Of a stretch of DNA of 64,000 bases, positions 37,433 to 46,183 are shown piece by piece. The stretch spans positions 1,859 through 65,858 of the forward strand of contig DAHWNZ010000008.1 in NCBI GenBank assembly GCA_027339635.1. Reading direction: 5' to 3'. The first letter of the stretch is position 1. Every line of letters begins with the position of its first letter. The notes beneath the pieces are model-generated. The model worked only from the letters and a program-made list of their open reading frames with translations. It was not told the DNA's origin and made no database searches. The translations under genes and the position numbers were made by a program. This DNA comes from Candidatus Dormiibacterota bacterium (GTDB taxonomy: Bacteria > Chloroflexota > Dormibacteria > Aeolococcales > Bog-877).

Positions 37433-40400
37433 TTAGGAAGCAGCACCGACGCGGCGCCCCTCGGTCTCAAACGACTCCCACATCCCCCGGTAGGCGCCGC
37501 CCTTGGCCAGCAGCTCCTCATGGGTTCCGTCTTCCACCAGCAGGCCATCTTCCATGACCAGGATACGGTCGGCCGTCCGGGCGGTCTGGAGGCGGTGGGC
37601 GACCAGCACCGTGGTCCTGCCGGAGGAAACCCGGCTCATGGCCGTGGAGACCCTGGCCTCGGTGGCGAGGTCCAAGTTCGAGGTGGCCTCGTCCAGGAGC
37701 AGGACGGCGGGGTCGACCAGCTCCGCGCGGGCCAGCGCCAGCAGCTGGCGCTGGCCTGTGGAGAGGGATCTGCCGCGCTCCGACAGCACGTGCTCGAATC
37801 CGCCGGGAAGGTCCGCCACGAAGGGCGCGGCGCCGACGGCTTCCGCAGCCTCCTGCACCTCCCCGTCGGTGGCCTGGGGCCTGCCGTAGGCGATGTTGTC
37901 ACGAACCGTCCCGGCGAACAGGAAGGGGTCCTGGGGCACATATCCGAGCTGGCTGCGATAGGCGGCGAGCTTCAGGTCGCGCAGGTCGTGGCCATCGACC
38001 AGGACGCGCCCGGCGGTTGGGTCGTAGAAGCGGCACAGGAGCTTGGCCAGGGTGGATTTCCCAGCCCCTGTCTGGCCCACGATGGCGACGGTCTGCCCGC
38101 CGCGGATCGTCACGTCGAGTCCACGGATGACCTCAGTCTGAGATCCTGGGCCTCCCGCGGTGGAGTCCCGGGCGGGGTAGCTGAAGCGAACGTTGCGGAA
38201 CTCGACACGGCCCCTGAGCCGTCCCGGCACCAGTGGGTGCTCGCGGTCCGGGGTGATCGTGTCCAGCTTCATCAGCTCGCTCACCCTGCGCATGGAGGCA
38301 CGGGCCCTCTGCCAGGCGTCGAAGACCTGGGAGAGCTGCTGAATCGGGGAGAAGAACATGTCCAGATAGAGCAGAAACGCGATCAGGACCCCCGCCGTCA
38401 GCCGTCCGGAGTAGATGAGATAGGCGCCGATCCCCAGGATGACCGCATCGGCCGCATCCGACAGGAATTGGACGAAGGGGAAGTAGATGGAGACGAGCCG
38501 CTGAGCGGCGACCCGGGTGTCACGATAAGCGCCGCCCAGGCGCCTGTATTCAAGTTGGCTCAGTCGCTCATGAACGAATGCCTGCGACTCCCTGACCCCC
38601 GAGAGGCTCTCCTGGAAGTTGGCGTTGACGATCGCCAGCCGCTCGCGGGCTCGGTCGTACAGCGCCGCCGAGCGGCGCCGGAAGATGGATGTGGCGACGG
38701 CGAGTGGAATGATCACGACGATGGTGGCCGTTGCCAGCTCCCAGTTCAGCAGGCAGAGCGCGACCCCGACCCCGAAGAAGGTGCAGATGCTGACCGCTGC
38801 CGAGATCAGGCCGTCCTCGAGCAGTGACTCGAAGGTGTCGACGTCGGTGGTCATGCGGGTCATGATCCGGCCCGCCATCTCCCGCTCGTAGTAGTCGAGC
38901 GAGAGCCGCTGCAGCTGGGCCCAGATCTTGATCCGCAACGAGAGCATGAGGCGCTCCGCGGTCCGCCCCGTGACGAAGGTCTCCGCGATCGAGTCCAGCA
39001 GATCTCCGACCGTTATGAACAGGAAGATCCCGGAGGTCGCGAACAGCACCACGTAGGACCCGTGCAGGACCCCCTGATCGATGCCCTGGGCGATCAGGAA
39101 CGGGCCCGCCAGACCCGCCAGCGCATCCAAGACCACGAGCAGCAGACCAAGCGCCAGCGCCGTTTTGAAGCGACTCATGAAGCGCGGGAGCGAGAAGGTC
39201 GGATCACGGCCGGCCTCAACGGCAAGATCCACTTCGGCGTGGTCTCGGATCCTGGGCAGGGCCGCCACCCTGGCGAGCAGGTCTGGGCTCGGGGTGAGTG
39301 TCGCTCGCCATCCGCCGCTGCGGCCCGAGGCCCTGCCCGAGGAGGAGGCGGCCGCCAGATCGAGTCGTGACTCGCCGGGCTGGTGGCCGAGGGCTGCCGG
39401 AATGAGCGCGCTCTCCCCGGTGGCCGTGGCATCCTCGCCGTCCTGATCCTCATCAGGGCCGGCCAGGAGGAGGCGGTAAGGACCGCAGCGCGCCATCAGC
39501 TCCTCGTGGGTGCCCTGATCCAGCACGTGGCCACGCTCGACGACCACGATCCGGTCGGCGAGGTGGAGAGTGGAGCGCCGGTGGGCGACCAGGATCGTGG
39601 TCCTCCCGCGCATGATCCGGCGCAGCGCCCGATGGATGTCGGCCTCCACGCGCGAGTCGATGGCGCTGGTGGCATCGTCCAGGACCAGGATCCTCGGGTC
39701 GGCCACGAGCGCTCGGGCCAGCGCCACGCGCTGGCGCTGTCCTCCCGAGAGGCTGAGGCCCCGTTCACCCACCACGGTGTCGTAGCCGCGGGGAAGGGCA
39801 CTGATGAACTCGTGCGCCTGGGCCGCTCTCGCGGCCTGTTCAATCTGCTCCAGGGTGGCGTCGGGCTTGCCGAAGCGGATGTTGTCACGGACGCTGGCCG
39901 AAAACAGAAAGCTCTCTTCAAAGGCGAAGCCGATCTGGGATCTGAGAGATGCCAGCGTGAGCTCGCGGACGTCGTGGCCGTCCACGCGCACTGCGCCGCC
40001 CGTGACCTCATAGAACCGCGGCAGCAGCGCGGCCGCGGTCGACTTCCCAGATCCCGACGCTCCCACCAGAGCCACGGTCTCCCCGGCGGCGACCAGCAGG
40101 TCGAAGTCGCTCAGCACAGGTTGGCCCGAGCCGTAGGAGAAGTTGACATGGTCGAAGCTGACCTCCCCCCTGGCGTGCTCCAGGGTGAGGGCCCCAGGCC
40201 GGTCCTGGATCATGGGAACAGCTCCAACCAGATCGAAGATCCGCTCCACGCCGGCGCGGGCCTGCTGCGCGACGGTGAGAATGCCGGCCAGGGTCCGGGC
40301 CGGCGACATCAGCTGAGTGAGGTAGGTGGAGAAGGCGAGGAAGGTGCCGAGGGTGAGCTCGTGATGCAGCACCATCCACCCTCCCAGGGCCAGCACGGCC

Positions 40401-41188
40401 ACCTGCCCCAGGGTCGGCAGGGATTGCAGCAGCGGCTGGTAGCGAGCCTGGAGGCGAACCACTCTCATGTGGGACCCATACAGGCGCTGGGCCGATTCCA
40501 CGAGTCGGTTCAACTCGCGCGGCTCCTGGCCGAAGGCCTTGACGATGCGGACTCCGTTGACGTCGTCGTCCACGATCTGGGCCACCTCCCCCTCCCGCTG
40601 CTGGCCGTCCCAACTCGCCGGGAACATCCTGGTGCGCATCCGATAGGCGATCACCACCAGGGAGGGCGCCACCACCAAGCTGACGATTGCGAGCAGCGGC
40701 GAGAGCACCAGCATTATCACCAAAGACGCGACCAGGAGCAGGACATTGCTGGTGACATTGGGGAAGTACGACAGCAGGCTCTGAACCAGAGTGGCATCGG
40801 AGTTGGCCCTGGACACGAGCTGCCCTGTCGGCATCGCGTCGTGACTTTCGAAGTCCAGAGTCTGGAGGCGGTCGAACATCGCGTTGCGCAGGTCGTACTG
40901 GACGTCCAGGGCCACCCTGCCCCCCCGGTAGCGCCGCACGAAGGCCGCCGCGAAGGCGATGGCTCCGACCAGAAGCAGGGCGCCCAGCCAGGGGAGGAGA
41001 GGGGCCCTGCGGTGCAGGATGACGTTGTCCACGATCTGGCGCTCGATCAGAGGAGCCGTGGCCAGGGCTCCGCTACCGACCACGGCCGCTCCCATCGCCA
41101 GCGCCACGTTGGCCCGGTGGCGAAGGATGTAGGGGAGAAGCAGGCGTATCCAGCCGACCCTTTTGACGCCCTTCTGGTCCTTCCTCAA
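37433..41188 (-). CDS. Fused full-length ABC exporter (TMD-NBD-TMD-NBD, Rv0194-like)
   Basis: 1251 aa. NBD1 has GASGSGKST, LSGGQRQR and ILVLDDATSAID. NBD2 has GQTGAGKST, LSTGQRQ and LLLDEATSNLD. An acidic/Ser-Gly linker of about 100 aa joins the halves. The TTG start overlaps the marR stop. Confidence 0.9.
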   Translation of the reverse strand: MRKDQKGVKRVGWIRLLLPYILRHRANVALAMGAAVVGSGALATAPLIERQIVDNVILHRRAPLLPWLGALLLVGAIAFAAAFVRRYRGGRVALDVQYDLRNAMFDRLQTLDFESHDAMPTGQLVSRANSDATLVQSLLSYFPNVTSNVLLLVASLVIMLVLSPLLAIVSLVVAPSLVVIAYRMRTRMFPASWDGQQREGEVAQIVDDDVNGVRIVKAFGQEPRELNRLVESAQRLYGSHMRVVRLQARYQPLLQSLPTLGQVAVLALGGWMVLHHELTLGTFLAFSTYLTQLMSPARTLAGILTVAQQARAGVERIFDLVGAVPMIQDRPGALTLEHARGEVSFDHVNFSYGSGQPVLSDFDLLVAAGETVALVGASGSGKSTAAALLPRFYEVTGGAVRVDGHDVRELTLASLRSQIGFAFEESFLFSASVRDNIRFGKPDATLEQIEQAARAAQAHEFISALPRGYDTVVGERGLSLSGGQRQRVALARALVADPRILVLDDATSAIDSRVEADIHRALRRIMRGRTTILVAHRRSTLHLADRIVVVERGHVLDQGTHEELMARCGPYRLLLAGPDEDQDGEDATATGESALIPAALGHQPGESRLDLAAASSSGRASGRSGGWRATLTPSPDLLARVAALPRIRDHAEVDLAVEAGRDPTFSLPRFMSRFKTALALGLLLVVLDALAGLAGPFLIAQGIDQGVLHGSYVVLFATSGIFLFITVGDLLDSIAETFVTGRTAERLMLSLRIKIWAQLQRLSLDYYEREMAGRIMTRMTTDVDTFESLLEDGLISAAVSICTFFGVGVALCLLNWELATATIVVIIPLAVATSIFRRRSAALYDRARERLAIVNANFQESLSGVRESQAFVHERLSQLEYRRLGGAYRDTRVAAQRLVSIYFPFVQFLSDAADAVILGIGAYLIYSGRLTAGVLIAFLLYLDMFFSPIQQLSQVFDAWQRARASMRRVSELMKLDTITPDREHPLVPGRLRGRVEFRNVRFSYPARDSTAGGPGSQTEVIRGLDVTIRGGQTVAIVGQTGAGKSTLAKLLCRFYDPTAGRVLVDGHDLRDLKLAAYRSQLGYVPQDPFLFAGTVRDNIAYGRPQATDGEVQEAAEAVGAAPFVADLPGGFEHVLSERGRSLSTGQRQLLALARAELVDPAVLLLDEATSNLDLATEARVSTAMSRVSSGRTTVLVAHRLQTARTADRILVMEDGLLVEDGTHEELLAKGGAYRGMWESFETEGRRVGAAS

Positions 41189-41658
41189 GTGGGGCCCGGG
41201 GACTCGGGCAGAGATGGTCCGGCAGGGGGAGCAACCCGCCTGCTCTCCAACGCCATCGCCAGCGCCGCCAACTGCTCCGATGCCAGCGCCGGCCGGGCGG
41301 TCAGGGAGAGCACCTCCGCCAGCGCCTGAGCCATCGCGGTCTCGGCTTCCGCGAGCGCGTCGCGCCCCGCCTCGGTCACGGTGAGGCAGCTGGCCCGCCG
41401 GTCGCCGGGTTCGACCGCGCGTTCCAGGAAGCCCCTCGCCGCCAGGGTTTCCAAGATGGCGCTGACCGCCGGTTTGCCGACCGTGAGTCGGCTGGCCAGC
41501 CGCGAAGCGCGGGCATCACCGCCCGCAATCGTGCTGAGCACACGGTATTGGGCGAGCCCCAAGCCGGCGGAATTGCGCTCCAGAAATCTCGCCAGATGAG
41601 CAAGGCCCCGCAGCGTTCCTGGGGTGATCTCCGTCGTCTCGGCGGGGTCAATGGACAT
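41185..41658 (-). CDS. MarR family transcriptional regulator
   Basis: LAQYRVLSTIAGGDARASRLASRLTVGKPAVSAILETLAARGFLER winged-helix region. An alternative ATG is at 41685. Confidence 0.8.
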   Translation of the reverse strand: MSIDPAETTEITPGTLRGLAHLARFLERNSAGLGLAQYRVLSTIAGGDARASRLASRLTVGKPAVSAILETLAARGFLERAVEPGDRRASCLTVTEAGRDALAEAETAMAQALAEVLSLTARPALASEQLAALAMALESRRVAPPAGPSLPESPGPT

Positions 41659-41788
41659 CCCCCAATGGTACCGAAAACGGTTCATGACTCGAACCAATTG
41701 GTGGACTGCCAGCCAGTGAGGAAGGCGGGGAGCAGCGCCTGCCAGGGATCTTCCCCTGCCACCTGGAGCCGTTGATAAGCACATTTGT

Positions 41789-44700
41789 TTGTATCATGGC
41801 TGGGTGGTTGGAAGCGGGTTCGGAGAGTGCTGGGCCAGGTCTTACTTCTCCTTCTTGGAGGGAGCGAGCTCACCCGAGGAACTGGTGGAGAGGGCCAGGG
41901 ACCTGGAGATGGCATCCCTGGGGCTGGTGGACCGCGGCGGCCTGTATGGAGCTGTGCGGCTGGTGCGAGCCGCAGAGCGGGCCGGCATGAGGGCGATGGT
42001 GGGGGCCGAGCTGGACCTTGCGGCGGGGGGCCGTCTGGTCATTGTGGCAACCGATCGGCCCGCCTACCAACAGCTGTGCCGCGCCATCAGCAAGGCGCAG
42101 ATGTCCGGGGTCAAGGGAGCTGCGCGGCTGCTTCTGTCGGGTCTGGATGGCGTATTGATGACGGCGAGCGAACCAGCGGGTGTGCCCGCGCGCGACGGCA
42201 CTGTCCCCCAAGGAGTCGGTGATCGTCTGCGGAGGCGGTCAGGGGCGCTTGATCAGGAGCGGATCTCGCCCGAGGACCTGGATCGATGCGTGGTGTTGGC
42301 GGGAGGACCACACAGTCCCGTCAGCAGAGCGCTCATGCGAGGGGATCGAGAGGCGGCGGACAGGGTCGCGACGGCCCTGAACGGGGCTTTTCCCGGGGGG
42401 AGATTCCGGCTCTGTCTGCACCATCACCTCCAGCTCGGTGACAGTTGGCTTGCGGCTGAGACCGTGGCTTGTGCCCAGCGGACCGGAGCGGGGCTGGTGG
42501 CCTCCGGAGCCCCGCGCTACGCCAGACCCGAGCAGGGCCGGACCCTGGACGTGCTCACCGCGATCCGTCACGGGTGCACCCTGGAGGAAGCTGCGGGGCG
42601 CGGTCTTCTCTTGCCCAACCACGAGTATTTCATGAGAGGGGAGCCCGAGCTGATGGAGCTTTTGCCGTACGAGGTAGCCTGGGTAGGAGCTCGGGACCTG
42701 GCGGAGAGAGCGGAGCTGCGGCTGGATTTTCGCCACAGCCGATTCCCCGGCTTTAGAGTGCCAGATGGCGATACCCCGGACGCTTATCTGGAGAGGATGT
42801 GCCGCCTCGGGATAGCCGCCAGATATGGGGCGACCTCTCCCGAGGTGGAGCAAAGGCTGCTTCACGAGCTCGGGGTGATCTCGAAGTGTCGGCTGGCGGA
42901 ATTCTTCCTGATCGTGTTCGAGTTGATGGAGTTCGCGCGACGTGAGGGAATACCGGCCCAGGGCAGGGGGTCCGCGGCAGACAGCCTGGTCGCCTACTTG
43001 CTGGGGATAACCAGGGTGGATCCTCTGCAGCACCACCTGCTCTTCGAACGCTTTCTGCACGAGGACATGGAGGGGACGCCTGACATTGACATAGACATCT
43101 CCTCAAGCCACCGAGAACGAGTAATCCAGCACGTGTACGACACCTACGGAAAGGCGTGTACGGGCATGGTCTGCACCGTGATCACCTTTCGGCTACGGAT
43201 GGCGATAAGGCAGGTCGGCGCTGTTTTCGGGATGCCCCAGGCCTGGCTGGAGCGGCTGGTGCGAGCCATCGAGAGGGCTGATCCAGGTGATTCGGGAACC
43301 CTGGTGGAGCGCGCCCTGGCGGTCGCCGGAGAGACGCCGGAACAGGTCATGCGGTCTGCGCTTTGGCGTCAGTTTGGGCAGATGGTGGAGGCGGTGGTAG
43401 GGGTGCCCCGGCATCTCTCCATTCATGTGGGAGGGATGCTGGTCACCGGGCAGCCTCTCTGGGATATAGCGCCTCTGGAGAGGGCTTCCATGGATGGCCG
43501 GGTCGTGGTCCAGTTTGACAAGGACGACATTGAGGACCTGGGGCTTATCAAGATCGATCTGCTGGGGCTGCGCGCCCTCTCGGTCGTGGAGGAGACCCTC
43601 ACTGAGCTGGAACGGGTGTCGGGCGCCAGGCCAGACCTGGAGAGACTGGACCTGGCGGACCCCAAGGTCTATGAGATGTGTGCCAAGGCGGACACCATCG
43701 GAGTCTTCCAGGTGGAGTCCAGAGCCCAGCAGCAGACGTTGCCGCGGGCGAGGCCGGAGGAGTTCAACGACCTGGTGGTGGCCGTGGCGATAATCCGGCC
43801 GGGGCCTATCCAGGGCCACGCGGTGCACCCTTACCTGCGTCGCCGCCAGGGCCGAGAGCCGGTCAGCTACCCGCACCCTCTGCTGGAGCCCATCCTGCGG
43901 GACACCCTGGGGGTGATCCTCTACCAGGAGCAGATCATGGAGATCGCGATGCATGTCGCTGGCTTCAGTGCGGGGCAGGCTGACCGCTTTCGGCGGGCCA
44001 TGAACCGCCATCGCTCCCGGGTTGAGATGGCATCCCTGGAGCAGGACTTCCTAAGCGGCTGCCGGCGCAGCGGGATGCCGGAAACAGCTGCCAGCACTCT
44101 CTTCGAGGCGGTCCGAGGCTTCGCCGAATTCGGCTTCTGCCGCAGCCATGCCGCCGCCTTTGCCCGCACGGCCTACGAGACTGCGTGGCTAAAGCTCTAC
44201 CATCCAGCCGCCTATCTGGTGGGCCTGCTCAACCACCAGCCGATGGGGTTCTATCACCCCTCGGTGCTGGTGGAGGACGCGCGCCGCAGAGGGGTGGCGG
44301 TGCTGCCCCTGGACGTCAACCGCAGCTGGGGACGATGCCGCCTGGAGGTTGAATCGGGCGCCTCGGTAGCGGTCAGGCTTGGTTTCAACTATGTGAATGG
44401 GATTGGGGATGACCTGCGTTCGCGGCTGGACAGGGAGCGCCTGCGGGGTCCCTATTCCTCCCCGGAGGAGTTCTGGCGGCGGACGACACTCCCCCGCGCG
44501 GTCATGGAGTCGCTGGTCACGGTGGGGGCCTTCGATGGCTTTGGGCAGCCGCGCCGGGAGCTGCTGTGGCGTCTAAAGCCGGTGGAAGAGGGGCTGGCAG
44601 CCGGCAGGCAGCGGCATATCGGTCGGGATGGGCCCCTCCAAGATGAGCTCATGCCGCTTCCGGCCGATCCACCCCCGCTGCCCAGGATGTCTCCCGAAGA

Positions 44701-45130
44701 GTTGCTGGCGACTGACTACAGGGTCATGGGGCTGACCACCGGCCCACACCCGGTTGCTCTTCTGCGCCGGCAGCTGGACAGGATGGGGGTCACTCCCCTG
44801 GCCCGAGCTAAGGCAGCGCTCAACGGGACTTTGCTGAAGGTGGCGGGGATGGTGATCACAAGGCAGGCACCGCCATCCGCTCATGGGATGCGCTTCTTCA
44901 CCCTGGCCGACGAGAGCGGGCAGCTCGACCTGATCCTGACCCGGGATGTCTACAGGAGCAATCGAGCACTGGCCAGCCACCAACCGCTGCTGGTAGCGGA
45001 GGGCCGTCTGCGCAGTGCGGAGGGGGTGGCCAGCCTGCTGGTGGAGCGGCTGAAACCTCCGCCGGATCGCGTTGAGCCGATGGGCGATGAGCTGGTCTTG
45101 CCCAGGTCAACCTCCCATGACTACTGCTGA
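41789..45130 (+). CDS. dnaE2: Error-prone DNA polymerase DnaE2 (ImuC)
   Basis: About 1110 aa. The N-terminus reads YFSFLEGASSPEELVERA, with the PHP His residues replaced. The polymerase active site PDIDIDISSSHRERVIQHVY is present, as are GVFQVES and IIRPGP. There is no C-terminal tau/epsilon-binding extension. The start is uncertain (TTG 41789 or GTG 41804). Confidence 0.88.
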   Translation: MYHGWVVGSGFGECWARSYFSFLEGASSPEELVERARDLEMASLGLVDRGGLYGAVRLVRAAERAGMRAMVGAELDLAAGGRLVIVATDRPAYQQLCRAISKAQMSGVKGAARLLLSGLDGVLMTASEPAGVPARDGTVPQGVGDRLRRRSGALDQERISPEDLDRCVVLAGGPHSPVSRALMRGDREAADRVATALNGAFPGGRFRLCLHHHLQLGDSWLAAETVACAQRTGAGLVASGAPRYARPEQGRTLDVLTAIRHGCTLEEAAGRGLLLPNHEYFMRGEPELMELLPYEVAWVGARDLAERAELRLDFRHSRFPGFRVPDGDTPDAYLERMCRLGIAARYGATSPEVEQRLLHELGVISKCRLAEFFLIVFELMEFARREGIPAQGRGSAADSLVAYLLGITRVDPLQHHLLFERFLHEDMEGTPDIDIDISSSHRERVIQHVYDTYGKACTGMVCTVITFRLRMAIRQVGAVFGMPQAWLERLVRAIERADPGDSGTLVERALAVAGETPEQVMRSALWRQFGQMVEAVVGVPRHLSIHVGGMLVTGQPLWDIAPLERASMDGRVVVQFDKDDIEDLGLIKIDLLGLRALSVVEETLTELERVSGARPDLERLDLADPKVYEMCAKADTIGVFQVESRAQQQTLPRARPEEFNDLVVAVAIIRPGPIQGHAVHPYLRRRQGREPVSYPHPLLEPILRDTLGVILYQEQIMEIAMHVAGFSAGQADRFRRAMNRHRSRVEMASLEQDFLSGCRRSGMPETAASTLFEAVRGFAEFGFCRSHAAAFARTAYETAWLKLYHPAAYLVGLLNHQPMGFYHPSVLVEDARRRGVAVLPLDVNRSWGRCRLEVESGASVAVRLGFNYVNGIGDDLRSRLDRERLRGPYSSPEEFWRRTTLPRAVMESLVTVGAFDGFGQPRRELLWRLKPVEEGLAAGRQRHIGRDGPLQDELMPLPADPPPLPRMSPEELLATDYRVMGLTTGPHPVALLRRQLDRMGVTPLARAKAALNGTLLKVAGMVITRQAPPSAHGMRFFTLADESGQLDLILTRDVYRSNRALASHQPLLVAEGRLRSAEGVASLLVERLKPPPDRVEPMGDELVLPRSTSHDYC

Positions 45131-46101
45131 CCGCCGGACCCTCGGTCGCCCTTGAGCATCCTCTCTCTACGCCGGCCCAGATGGGATGCCAGAGTGCCTG
45201 CGACCGCCACCATCACGATGCCGTACACCCCTCCAACCGCGCTGGCGCCGGGCCGCACCGCCACCGACACCGCGATCGCAACTCCGAACTCCCGTATTCC
45301 TATGGGGAAGCCGACCGCGGCGGCCCGCCTATGCGGTAGACGCAGCACCCTGCCCAGACCGAACCCGACCACCCCGCCCCAGCACAGCAGGCCGATCACC
45401 AGGCCCAAGGCGACCAGGATCGAACTGGACAGCAGGACCTGGCGGGCACTGGCGGTGCCGGCAAGCACCACCAGGACCAGGCAGAACGCGCTCAGGTCAA
45501 GAAACTGATGGCGCCATCTGGCCAGACCAGGCAGGACCGCCCGCACGCTCACCCCGACCACCAAGGGAAGCAGGACCGAGAGCACCAGCTCGAAGGTGAG
45601 GCTCATGGCGTCGAAGTGAGCGCGGGCGCCGAGGCCCACCTCCAACCAAAGTGGGGTAAGGGCCACAGAGAGCGCCAGGGACCCAGCCATGCAGGCCGTG
45701 GCTATGGCCGTATCGCCTCCCGCCAGCGTCGCCATAAGGCCGCTGGTTATCTCGGCGGGGGCAATTGAGCAGATGAGGATCCCGGCTGCCAGCACCGGAG
45801 TCGGAGCCAGCAGGTGGAGGGCCAGGCCGAAGGCTGGTAGGAGCGTCCACTGGCACAAGAGGGCTGCCCCGATGAGAGGCAGCTGGCGGCCAGCCGCGCG
45901 AACCTCGAAGGGGGTGAGATTGAGCGCGACGCCAAGAACCTGGCCCGCGAGAAACACCGGGACCAGAGGGTTCAAAGCGGAGGTGCTGCGCGGCAGCAGG
46001 ACGCCCACAAAGGCTGCCACCAGCACCCAAGGCAGCAGCCTATGGCGCACCGGATGCAGCGTTCCCACGACGGCCCTCAGCGGACCCCCAATGCCTCCCA
46101 C
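45121..46101 (-). CDS. Bile acid:sodium symporter (BASS/SBF-like) family transporter
   Basis: A multi-TM protein with LLCQWTLLPAFG and CSIAPAEITSGLMATLAGGD motifs. It overlaps the dnaE2 3' end by 10 nt (convergent). Confidence 0.65.
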   Translation of the reverse strand: MGGIGGPLRAVVGTLHPVRHRLLPWVLVAAFVGVLLPRSTSALNPLVPVFLAGQVLGVALNLTPFEVRAAGRQLPLIGAALLCQWTLLPAFGLALHLLAPTPVLAAGILICSIAPAEITSGLMATLAGGDTAIATACMAGSLALSVALTPLWLEVGLGARAHFDAMSLTFELVLSVLLPLVVGVSVRAVLPGLARWRHQFLDLSAFCLVLVVLAGTASARQVLLSSSILVALGLVIGLLCWGGVVGFGLGRVLRLPHRRAAAVGFPIGIREFGVAIAVSVAVRPGASAVGGVYGIVMVAVAGTLASHLGRRRERMLKGDRGSGGQQ

Positions 46102-46183
46102 CGGACCAAGGTACTCACTGGCAGGTCCCGGGCAGTGGGGCCGCCAGCGCCGGTCGGGAGGAATGGGGCCAGACGCCGTCGCC

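Noticed and set aside
39383-41329. 648-aa plus-strand ORF across the fused ABC exporter (similar cases: 37520-38827, 35593-36654, 30701-31873, 5156-6700, 6818-8188, 4085-5125, 22171-23226)
   Set aside because: All are antisense or out of frame to genes with clear family motifs. They have Arg/Gly/Pro/His-rich composition and no recognisable motifs, so they are shadow ORFs of a stop-poor high-GC sequence.
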